Part shown: positions 53,401 through 64,000 of the stretch, in pieces
Layout of the letters: every line of letters starts with the position of its first letter
How positions within the stretch are numbered: the stretch's first letter is position 1
DNA from: Takakia lepidozioides
Lineage: Eukaryota > Plantae > Bryophyta
NCBI GenBank assembly: GCA_030704615.1
Contig: CM060734.1
Coordinates: 27,156,001 to 27,220,000 of the forward strand
Length of the DNA: 64,000 nucleotides
Direction of reading: 5' to 3'
Translations under genes and position numbers: made by a program
Notes under the pieces: generated by a model
What the model saw: the letters and a program-made list of their open reading frames with translations, nothing else
Told to the model about the DNA's origin: nothing
Databases searched by the model: none

Positions 53401-54327
53401 CTCAATAACATATTACCGTCGACGGCTGATCGGTAGGTAAGGTAAGACATGAACGGATATTTAATGGCGAACTTGTTGTAGTCCAGCACAGCCAGCTCCA
53501 AGCGGTCCATCATGGGAAAGCCCTCGCAGAATCAAGAATGGATCGAACTGCGGTGTTGTGCTGGGATATGACTCCCTCGTCCGCTGATGTCTCATTGAAG
53601 GACTCTTGCCGGATCTCTGCGCGGATTGTTTCGTGGAAGGCGGGCAAATGAAGTCCCCAACAGCCTTGTATATGACGTTGTCCGATGGTGGAACTCGCCA
53701 TTCCCTGCCGTCACCGAAATCATCATGGAGCACAACAATACTTTCGACTACAACTCCGTTTGAATCCTTCCTTTCCTCCTCCAAAAATATCGACCCCGGT
53801 TTCAGGCGGTATCGAAGATATTTCTCCATCACCCGGCAGATCTCCCCTATGCACGGAAATGTAGCTCTATGCTCGTGAGGAGGGCAGTACACTATAGCGC
53901 TCGGGTTTTTTTGCCATGGGAGTTGTGCACACAAGACTGCCAGGACGGCGTTCGGACAAGCGCCCTGGGAGAAGGGGGATGCAGCGAGGGGAAGGAATGC
54001 AGGGCCGATTTTTGGAAGCGACGAAGCCTATTCACGAATCCGGGGAGCCCACTCTCCCGAAAATCCACTGTCAGAGAGTTAATGAACCTTGTCTGCGGAA
54101 TGCGGCCCCTGGCCTTTGCGCAAGAACTGCCAACGGTATGCAGTCAGAAGGTATATGACCTGTGCAGATGCGCTGGGAAAACCAATCATTACGGCGTCTG
54201 ACAAGAAGCGTGGGGGGGCGAGCGTGCAAGCACCTTCCCCATGGACAGAGGGAACTGGCAGAGGTGGCATTCCAGTGGGTCTGATAACAAGATTGAGTGC
54301 TAGAACCTCGCTGCCAATCGTCAACAT
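50440..54327 (-). pseudogene. MULE-type DDE transposase with N-terminal Cys/His-rich (GCM-like) region and C-terminal SWIM finger, heavily frameshifted
   Basis: Motifs read across frames: 'MDRKHDGH' (~53330), 'FVFKMS', 'WVMFDHIK' (D1, ~52478), 'FRGF/MADNAQ.NWAAI' (D2, ~52268), 'SCGFHFLQS' (CxxH, ~52170), 'TNMAESVHS' (E, ~51793) and 'NCTDF..YPCKHLYYI' (SWIM, ~50520-50590). Confidence 0.82.
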
Positions 54328-54334
54328 ACAACAG

Positions 54335-56725
54335 CGGCGCCGAATTTGCAGCCGAGGCCGGTCGGACGAAGTCGTCTCGGGGGTGAGTCAGTCATCGAGC
54401 CGACAGAGAACATCCCCCGGATGGAAAAACGGTGCCGAATTTCCATCCGAGGCCCGTTGGATGAAGTCGTCTCGGGGGGAGAGGCCAACACATGGCCGAC
54501 AGAGAACATCCCCCGGATGAAAAAACGGCGCCGAATTTCCATCCGAGGCCCGTTGGATGAAATCGTCTCGGGGGGAGAGGCCGACACCTGGCCGACAGAG
54601 AATATCCCCCGGATGGAAAAACGGCGCCGAATTTCCATCCGAGGCCTGTTGGATGAAGTCGTCTCGGGGGGAGAGGCCGACAGAGAACATCCCCCGGATG
54701 GAAATTCGGCGCCGAATTTCCATCCGAGGCCCGTTGGATGACGTCGTCTCGGGGGGAGAGGCCGACACCTGGCCGACTGAGATCATCCCCCGGATGGAAA
54801 ATCGGCGCTGTTTTTCATCCGAGCCGGCCGGATGAAGTCGACTCGGGGGGAGAGGCCAACACCTGGCCGACTGAGATCATCCCCCGGATGGAAATTCGGC
54901 GTCGTTTTTCCATCTGAGCCGGCCGGATGAAGTCGTCTCGGGGGGAGAGGCCAACACCTGGCCGACAGAGAACATCCCCCGGATGCAAAAACGGCGCCGA
55001 ATTTCCATCCGAGGCCCGTTGGATGAAGTCATCTCGGGGGGAGAGGCCGACACATGGCCGACAGAGAACATCCCCCGGATGGAAAAACGGCGCCGAATTT
55101 CCATCCGAGGCCCGTTGGATGAAATCATCTTGGGGGGAGAGGCCGACACCTGGCCGACAGAGAACATCCCCCGGATGGAAAAACGGCACCGAATTTCCAT
55201 CCGAGGCCCGTCGGATGAAGTCGTGTCGGGGGGAGAGGCCGACATAGAATAGCCTCTGGATGGAAAAACGGCACCGAATTTCCATCCGAGGCCCGTTGGA
55301 TGAAGTCGTCTCGGGGGGAGAGGCCGACACTTGGCTGACAGAGAACATCCCCCGGATGGAAATTCGGCGCCGAATTTCCATCCGAGGCCCGTTGGATGAA
55401 GTCGTCTCGGGGGAGACGCCGACACCTGGCCGACTGAGATCATCCCCCGGATGGAGAAACGGCGCCGAATTTCCATTCGAGGTGCGTTGGATGAAGTCGT
55501 CTCGGGGGGAGAGGCCGACACCTGGCTGACAGAGAACATCCCCCAGATGGAAATTCGGCGCCGAATTTCCATCCAAGGCCCGTTGGATGAAGTCGTCTCG
55601 GGGGGAAAGGCCGACACCTGGCCGACTGAGATCATCCCCCGGATGGAAAATCGGCGCCGTTTTTCCATCCGAGGCCCGTTGGATGAAGTCATCTCAGGGG
55701 GAGAGGGCGACACATGGCCGACAGAGAACATCCCCCGGATGGAAATTCGGCGCCGAATTTCCATCCGAGGCCCGTTAGATGAAGTCGTCTCGGGGGGAGA
55801 GGCCGACACTTGGCCGGCTGAGATCATCCCCGGATGGAAATTCGGCACCGTTTTTCCATCCGAGCCGGCCGGATGAAGTCATCTCGGGGGGAGAGGCCGA
55901 CACCTGGCCGACAGAGAACATCCCCCGGATGGAAAAACGGCACCGAATTTCCATCCGAGGCCCGTCGGATGAAGTCGTGTCGGGGGGAGAGGCCGACACA
56001 TAATATCCCCCGGATGGAAAAACGGCGCCGAATTTCCATCCGAGGCCCGTTGGATGAAGTCGTCTCGGGGGGGAGAGGCCGACACATGGCCGACAGAGAA
56101 CATCCCCGGATGGAAAAACGACGCCGAATTTCCATCCGAGGCCCGTTGGATGAAGTCGTCTCGGGGGGAGAGGCTGACACCTGGCCGACTGAGATCATCC
56201 CCCGGATGGAACTTCGGCGCCGTTTTTCCATCCGAGCCGGCCGGATGAAGTCGTCTCGGGGGGAGAGGCCGACACCTGGCTGTCAGAGAACATCCCCCAG
56301 ATGGAAATTCGGCGCCGAATTTCCATCCGAGGCCCGTTGGATGAAGTCATCTTGGGGGGAGAGGCCGACACCTGGCCGACTGAGATCATCCCCCGGATGG
56401 AAATTCGGCGCCGTTTTTCCATCCGAGCCGGCCGGATGAAGTCGTCTCGGGGGGAAAGGCCGACACATGGCCGACAGAGAACATCCCCCGGGTGGAAAAA
56501 CGGCGCCGAATTTCCATCCGAGGCCCGTCGGATGAAGTCGTCTCGGGGGGAGAGGCCGACACATGGCCGACAGAGAACATCCCCCGGATGGAAAAACGGC
56601 GCCGAATTTCCATCCGAGGCCCGTCGGATGAAGTCGTCTCGTGGGGAGAGGCCGACACATGGCCGACAGAGAACATCCCCCAGATGGAAATTCGGCGCCA
56701 AATTTCCATCCGAGGCCCGTTGAAT
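54335..56725. repeat. GC-rich 96-bp tandem repeat (~24 units) upstream of the transposase, containing a GGCGCC-centred palindrome
   Basis: Unit 'gaggcccgttggatgaagtcgtctcggggggagaggccgacacctggccgacagagaacatcccccggatggaaaaacggcgccgaatttccatcc'. Some units carry a perfect 32-bp palindrome (e.g. 54695-54726). Degenerate copies continue to ~57155. Confidence 0.96.
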
Positions 56726-57849
56726 GAAGCCCGTATCGGCACTTCTTCAACAATTTTTAGTCGTTACATCAAGTTTTTCGCGTTTTTTTGTGTGGTTACA
56801 CACTAAACTTAGCGTTTTTTGCCTACAGGCCACATTTGGCACGTTATTCCCACCATTCTGGTCCGCTAAAGACAAATTCGTTGCCGGTTTTCCATCGATG
56901 AGGTGGACCGAATTACCTGCAGGATGGAAATTCGGTGCCGATTTCCCATCCGGCTTCTCTCCGTGTTACCTGTGGGATGGAAATTCGGCTCCGAATTTCC
57001 ATCCGGACGCGCTCCGAATTACCTCCAGGATGGAAATGCGGCGCCGGATTTCCATCCGGCATCTCCTGGATGAGAACGGCTCGGGCGGAGGGATGGCCTC
57101 GTTGCGTCATACTTCATCCGCTGGATGGAAATTCGGCGCCGATTTTTTTCCATCTAGCGGGCGATTGACGAAGTCTCAAGGGGGGGGGGGGCGCCTGTGA
57201 CCGACCTCCATACCTACGACATTTAATGGCGCAGTTGCGCATTAAATGTCCTCCGCCGTCGGTTTTGAACCGGGCTGGCGACACAGGGATTCCGCACTTG
57301 CTTCCCGGATACACCTTGGAAACCTGATGCTAAACTTGGATGAACTTCTATTCGAGGCATGTACGCACACATACTGCGAGATCTTTTTTCATTTGCTGGG
57401 ACTTATGCCGCGTGGAGAAGGGCGTGGCTCTCCTGAGAGAAACCCCACATCCAGACCGCGGCGGAAGCTAAAGGCTTTGTACTACGGGCGACGTAACCTT
57501 TCGCCTGCACATGAATTGTTTTTAATTCCATTCTGAAGCCATATGCTTGATAACAACATGAAGAGTTGCATGCAAAATATCACCATGAACAGACATCGTC
57601 TGCATCCAAAACACATTTTATGCCCTCATTTGCACTCCAAGGTGAAGTTATCTTCAACTTCATGCACTCTTCATTGAGAGTTCTGCAATAGTGAGCATAG
57701 AGCAAAGGATGAACGTTTTTTTCCAAACATTTTTCTTTGGTACATTTTTTGGCAAAGATGTGGTGGTGTGAGGGTTCAACTCACAGAACAAAATCAAGCC
57801 AAAAACAAAATCATTGCGCCCCACAATCCTATGCCCTCTAAATCATTTT

Positions 57850-60600
57850 ATTTAGTAAAAATCCAGTTCAATTCAAAATTGGATGAAAGGGTGAACGGAA
57901 ACTTCCCCGATGAAATGATATTTTATTGCTCCGAAACTTTGCAAGTGTCTTCTACATGCCCTCTTACACGTCTTTGAGAAATATGACATCAATCTAAAAT
58001 GGTTTAAAGGGTGAACCAATCGTCCCCCTACCAAATGATTTTAAATTGATTTGAAACTTTGCAAGTGTCTTGTACATGCCCTCTTACAGGTCTTTCACAA
58101 GTTTCAAATCAATCTAAAATGGTTAAAATGGTGAATCAATCATGAACATATCAAATGATTTTGGAGTGCTTTAAAGCTTTGCAAGTGTCTTTCACATGCC
58201 ATTTTAAAGGTACCGGACAAGTATGAGGTTAGTAAAATATGGTTGAAAGGGTGAACCAATTGTTCCCCTATCAAATGATTTTACATTGCTTTGAAGCTTT
58301 GCAAGTGTCAGCCACATGCCCTCCTACAAGTACCGGACAAGTATGACGTGAATAAAAAATGGTTGAAAGGGTGGACCAATCATTCCGCTATCAAATGATT
58401 TTATATTGCTTTGGATGTCATTGTTTTGGTAATTCTAGCCCCCCAATGGCCCATTGTAACCCTTGAATTACAATTCAAAATGCAATTCAAGCCCTTAAAA
58501 TTGGTAATGTCAGTCCCTAAAATGACCAACCCCGGCCGCCCCTCAAATTGTAATTTGAGCCCTTGAAATTGTCAATTCCAACCCCTCAAATTGCACTTCT
58601 AGCCCCTGAAATGACAATTCCCGCCCCTCAAATTGCAACTGTAGCTTGTGAAATGGCAATTGCTAGTGCAGCCCCTGAAATTGGCAATTGAAGCCCCTGG
58701 AATGGCAGTTTCAGCCCCTCAAATTGCAAGTCCAGCCCTTGAAATTGGCAATTCGAGCCCCATAAATGGCAATTTCAGCCCCTGAAAATTGGCTATGGGT
58801 GAACCAATCATTCCCCTACCAAATGATTTTGGATTCATTTGAAACTTTGCGAGTGTCTTGTACATGCCCTCTTAAAGTTACTGGACAAGTATGATGTCAA
58901 TGTTAAATGGTTCAAAGGGTGAACCAACAGTTCCCTTGTTGGATGATTCATGATTAATCGTTAACGATTGATCTCATATTACACTAGGACCTATCAGAGG
59001 GTACATTGAACACACTGGCCAAGTCTCAAAGCGAACGAAAATCATTTGGATGGGCAACCATCCGTTGGCCCATTGAATGAATTTCGGTTGATCTCATAGT
59101 ACTCTGGGGCCTCTTCCATGGCACATTGAACATACTGGCCAAGTCTCAAAGCGAACCAAAATCATCTCGATGGCCAACCATCCGTTGAGCCATCGAATGA
59201 ATTTTGATTGATCTGATATTAGTCCGAGACCTGTGAGAGGGTGTCTCGAACGTACTGGAAAAGTTTGGAAGCAAACAATGGGCAACCATCCGTTCACCCG
59301 TTGAATGTATTCCGCTGGATCTACTATTGCTTTGGGACCTGTTGGACTGTGTTTCGCGTGCTCACAATTTTTTTTTCATTCGGTTTTTGAATGGGGCGTG
59401 TAATGTAGCCATATGCAACGTGCGTGCCAAATTTGGGAGCGAACATAATTCATTTGGACCCAAAACCACAGTTTCTTCCCTGTTTTGCACTCCAAACTTG
59501 ATTTGTGTTCAACTTCATGCATTCTTCATAGAGAGTTCTGCAATAGTGAGCGAAGAGAACACTTTTTTTGGGGGGCATTTTTTATTGGTCCAAATTTTGG
59601 CGGCGGAGTAGTGGTGGGATGCTGGAAGCCGCAAAACAAAATTGAGCCAAAAACAAAATCGAGCCAGAAACCCCCAATGAAAGGCAGTGCAAACCTATTT
59701 ATTGGCTTAAAATTAATTTAAATTCAATTACATTATGGAATGGCTTGGTGTCGATGGGGAGGCAAATGATTTATTCGTCTATTGTGTCTCCGCACATGTG
59801 TCGCACACATGTTCAAGCACATGCGGGCAAAAGAGGGGCTTTAACCACATCCGTTCAATGGGTGCAATAGCCGTGCACGCATTGCAGGATTTCTTTTTCG
59901 CAATGAGCAAAAACTAGATGACAACTAAACGCCTCATTGGCCCATCAAACGAATTTCGATTGATCTCATATTACACTGGGACTTATCAGAGGGTACATTG
60001 AACACACTGGCCAAGTCTCAAAGCGAACGAAAATCATTTGGATGGGCAACCATCCGTTGGCCCATTGAACGAATTTCGATTGATCTCATATTACTCTGGG
60101 GCCTCTTCCCTCTTCCATGGTACATTGAAGATACTGGCCAAGTCTCAAAGCGAACCAAAATCATTTGGAAGCAAATGATTTATGCGTCTGTTCATTTATT
60201 TGTGATTAATCGTTAATGGTGAAAAGGATAAACCAAAGGTTCCTTGATCAAAAAAAATTTGAATGATTTGAAATTTTGCCAGTATGTTCTACATGCCTCT
60301 TACATGGACCGGAGAAGTATGAGATCAATAAAAAATGGTTCACAGGAGGAACCAATGGTTACTTGATGTGCCGATTTCTGAATGCTTTCAAACTTTGCCA
60401 TTGCATTGTACATGCCCTCTTAAAGGTACCGGAGAAGTATGAGTTCGATTTAAAATATTGCAATGGGTGAACCAATGGTATCTTCATTCAGCAATTTTTG
60501 ATTGTTTTGAAACTTTGCCAGTATATTGTACATGCCATCAAACATGTACCGAACAAGTATGGGGTCATTCAAAAATGGTTCAAAGGATGAACCTCGTATT
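57850..60600. repeat. Patchwork of degenerate 120-bp satellite-related units in both orientations
   Basis: 'gcaagtgtc' at 57941, 58061, 58181 and 58301 (period 120) with '(aag)ggtgaaccaat'. Further units at 58795-59330 and 59935-60600. Confidence 0.85.
58435..58795. repeat. ~21-22-bp minisatellite (gcccct(c/g)aaat(t)gcaa...)
   Basis: Many consecutive degenerate copies. Confidence 0.85.
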
Positions 60601-60704
60601 TCCCAAAATTACGTAGACCATACAGTGGGTTGCACATTTAAGTTTTCGCAACCTGAGACCTTTGGCCTACTCCCTACGTTTCTAGCATTTCTAGTCATCT
60701 TCAT

Positions 60705-63218
60705 CTAGATTTATTACTTCGTTGTCGTCATCTCCAGATGTTGATGAAGATGCTCCGGGTGTAGAGGACGTGCCTCCACCAGTACGGAGAGCTCGAGCCT
60801 GGGCTCAAGTGGTCAAAGATGGACCCAGTGTTGTGTGGTCCACCCTTGCCATCATGCGTAGCGTTCTAGGCGAGTGTTGATTCTCTTCCACATTTGCCAG
60901 AGCCGGGTGTGTCGCTGTTGCTACGGCGGCATGCAATTTTTCAATTAAATCCGATATATTTGGAAGTGGCAAGAACACCCCTGGAATAGGGGCAACTTGG
61001 TCACGCCATGTGTTCTGCCAATACTTTAGAACACTCGTGATGGCAGCCTTGAAGTTGTCCAACACCTCCTCCTGCTGGGGGTCTCTGCGCAACTCGGGAA
61101 GAAATGGCCCATCATCCCGACGAGGCACCCAGTACGTCTCATTCATATCCTCCCAACGAATGCTAGCGGCCTCCAACTCCCTCAGAAATAGGTCTCTTCC
61201 AATCGGTTCGCGATTGTATGGGTCGTTTTCCGCTGGCACCCACGGATCCTCAGGCAGTCGGAAGAATCTTTGTCTGGTACAGCTCCAATGCCCTCCCAAG
61301 TTCCGGCAAAAAACTCCCTTTGGACTGGGTCCCGTATGCCTCTAGCACGCACGGTTATTTCCCAGTTGGATGTCACCCAAAAGGTCACCGGATCTTTAAC
61401 CCTAGTTAACGTCTTCGTATCCGAGGCGTGCATCTCTCTTGGAGCATCCCATGTCATTGTCTCCCCCAGTGCTGCCAATTTAAAAAATCGTAAGGCGATA
61501 CATCCAATGGCATGTTGTACCGGTTGTACTTGTATCCCGTGGGCATATTGTCTTGCAATCCAAACAACTCGTAGAAACGTCGATGGATTGGTCCACGGCG
61601 GTCAGGGCATTGGCTGGCTCGCACGGCTGCCGATATGAGACATGTGGGATGGAACAAATGGCCACATGAACCAAGCATATAGTCTCCCTCCGGTCCATAA
61701 GGGTTTAGGCACATTGTGCACACCGTACCATCTGTTACCCATGACGCTGGATTGCTCTGTGGTATCCACGTCCGTTTATCCTCATTAATGTAGGATGACA
61801 TCCTTGGCCTGGTGTCCCACTCCTCCTCTACTTCCAAATCCCAGTTTATGCTGTTATTGGTATCGGAAATTGTATGCACACAGTGCTCAAACATGACATG
61901 TACATCACCCCATGTGGTGAATCCAGTGTACTTCGACGTGAATACATCACGCACAGTGTCGTGCTTTTGCAAATTAGCATAGATTTATCTATGCTTCGAT
62001 TCGACAAACGTGCTGCATGTTGGAGGGAGGACAACGCTTCTTCTATCTGTGTTTCCCGCGATGCTAGATAGCCCGCCCATGTCACCCAATTCCGCCAATT
62101 CCCCTTCAACCATGGCCACGATCGGATTTGCATGGCATTTGAGTACCGATATGCAACAGCCCTAGCTTGCTCGCGTTCCCCCACAAGCTGCTCTAATTCA
62201 TGTTCTTGGGCCTTTGTAATTTGCACGACTGAACATTCCTCAGTTTCCACTATGGGGTCCTTCCCTTTTCTTGCCCTCTCCGCCGCAAGTCTTTCTTCCT
62301 CAATCCTCGCCGGGTCCAGTTTAGACGTTTGCACTTCATTCCCATGCCTGATTGAGTCAACCCTGTCGATGATGCGGTCAATGTCCATTGGTGGCATATT
62401 CAAACGCGCCAATATGTCTTGCTCGTTGGTGATTGGCCTCGGGTCCTGAAGCACACCGCGTACGTTGTCGAGAGTCCCCAACCCCATTCTTTCCAGCAAC
62501 TTCGCTATTTGTCACCGTTGCAAATGAACAATGTCCTGCAGGTCTTTGATGTGCTGTTCATGTGCGGCCAATCGTTCTTCCAACGGAGAGCGTACCTCGC
62601 CCCCCTCCACCTCAGACGTTGAAGGTCCGGCTACGGAGACCTGTTGCGGCGTATAATCTGGAGGTTGATCTGCATTTCCTCCTTCTTCCACCTCGTCGTT
62701 TCCATCGAACTGTATGATGTCCTGCCCCTGACGTATATACAAGTCTGGGATATCAGAGAACATGTATAGTCTAGTATGCTGTCTCGCAGTGGCAGTTTGT
62801 CAATCCACCGGTCACAATAAAATCAACTATGTGGACAACATGGCCACAAATAAATACAGGACCTTGTTGTTGACGAGCGGTTGACCCCACAATCTTGTAT
62901 GTACCTCCTCTGCCCTATGGCGGAAATGTGGGTTGGCGCAGGAATGCAAGCTAGCTTGATTTTGTTTGGTTTGTGGATCATGCCTATCTCTGGGCCACAA
63001 ACGATTTATCTGACACCAGTCCACAAATTTCCTGCAATCACCAAGCGACCACCGCTGCCCCAACTTCCAAACTTCCCAACCTGGTTCCACAAGAATGTTG
63101 GGGTCATTGTATATGTCCCAACGAAGTTCGCGTCTGGCCCCTTTTGGTTTTTTTTTTGAGGTCCAGGTTCATTATCGTCATCCCTGGGATGACCTCCTCT
63201 GTCTTCCTCCTCCGCCAT
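60705..63218 (-). pseudogene. RING-H2 finger protein gene (element cargo), frameshifted
   Basis: 'CTMCLNPYGPEGDYMLGSCGHLFHPTCLISAAVRASQCPDR' matches C-x2-C..C-x-H-x2-H-x2-C..C-x2-(C>R). Same-strand ORF fragments tile from 63218 to ~60705 and include a coiled-coil-like stretch. Confidence 0.75.
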
Positions 63219-63644
63219 TTATGGCTTTGGCTTACCCCTACTCGACAGGTGTTTGCTAAGAAAAATGCTTTCCCAACCCTCCTAAATCGTACCTAATCCT
63301 ACTCCCTAATTAATCCTCCCCAAGTACTAGAGGCACGTGTCACTCCCTCGGCAGTTCTAGGTTATATGACGCAATGTGCAATGAAAAAAACGTGGGTGCT
63401 AGAGGAGGGCTTCCCGGGAGGTACTCAGCATCGATTTCGTAGAATCCAACGGCCCAAAATATCCCCCACCCAACCAATAGCACCCCTCTCCACTTGGACT
63501 CAATGACAAGGAATGCAACATCCCATCGCCCACCAAGTCCTGGTGTGGAGAAAAATGAGGGAGAGAATGGCCTCCAAGGCCTTATAAGCCCCCCCTCCAC
63601 ACTCGGGGCGCGCGCTGTCATCATGACTGCGCACGCTAGTAATA

Positions 63645-63970
63645 GCTGCGACTGCCAGCAGGGGTGGTCGCATTTTTTTTTTTTTCCTTTATTATGTGCG
63701 ACCACCAGCAGGGGGGTGGTCGCAGATTTGTTTATGTTTTTTAATGGGTGCGACCACCAGCAGGGGGGTGGTCGCAGATTTTTTTTTAAAAATCAGCAGG
63801 GAGGTGGTCGCATAATTTTTCTTCTTTTTAATAGGCGCGACCACCAGCAGAGGGGTGGTCGCAAATTTTTTGTTTAAAACAAATAGGTGCGACCACCACC
63901 TGCTGGTGGTCGCACTATTTTCCTTTTCTTTAATAGATGCAACCACCAGCAGGGGGGTGGTCGCATAATT
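63645..63970. repeat. TGCGACCA-n-TGGTCGCA hairpin array upstream of the RING gene
   Basis: About 6-7 units separated by T-tracts, same family as 47510-47892. Confidence 0.9.
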
Positions 63971-64000
63971 TTCCGATTTTTTAATATCTACCAACAGTCA

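Larger units (their letters stand above)
49534..64000. mobile_element. Giant Mutator-like element, arm B (TIR at 49534; transposase and RING cargo), running past the window end
   Basis: Starts GAGGTTAGCTATTTCATGAGCATGAGCGG directly after the reverse-complemented 9-bp target. Shares repeat families with arm A. Confidence 0.82.

Noticed and set aside
50440-54327. Programmed frameshifting or RNA editing restoring the transposase
   Set aside because: The indels are too many and irregular; decay or consensus error is simpler.
54321-56806. Repeat protein (MEKRRRISIRGPLDEVVSGGEADTWPTENIPR)n
   Set aside because: ORFs are open in several frames on both strands, and frame-breaking unit variants occur. 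Best explained by a GC-rich 96-bp DNA repeat.
34854-63218. Endogenous giant virus or bacterial contamination
   Set aside because: No capsid, polymerase or packaging ATPase was recognised. The genes have spliceosomal introns and lie within TIR/TSD-defined ends.

Overview
Eukaryotic, gene-poor, repeat-dense DNA, probably from a seed-free land plant (inferred from the PLS-class PPR style, Ty3/gypsy LTRs with a tRNA-Met PBS, a CACTA end and GT-AG introns). No intact host gene is evident. 1-16868 is a ~120-bp satellite array with a 500-N scaffold gap and five recurrent micro-inversions. A PPR pseudogene with a 252-bp tandem expansion, a truncated LINE, nested LTR/CACTA fragments and a ~3.5-kb macro-repeat follow. 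The main result is a giant (>28 kb) cargo-carrying Mutator-like (MULE) DNA transposon. Its two matching ends (34622, 49534) share a 9-bp target duplication (CTTATGTTT; empty site visible at 31138-31146), now in inverted arrangement. It carries a decayed zinc-binding/MULE-DDE/SWIM transposase and an intron-containing gene joining a ParB-like domain to a beta-class amino (N4C/N6A-type) DNA methyltransferase. It also carries an atypical protein kinase and a RING-H2 gene. Both arms hold tandem arrays built on a shared GGCGCC-centred palindrome, plus degenerate 120-bp units homologous to the flanking satellite. All cargo copies here are pseudogenised or frameshifted, and some indels may be assembly errors. 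All protein calls are from manual motif reading; no database searches were run.
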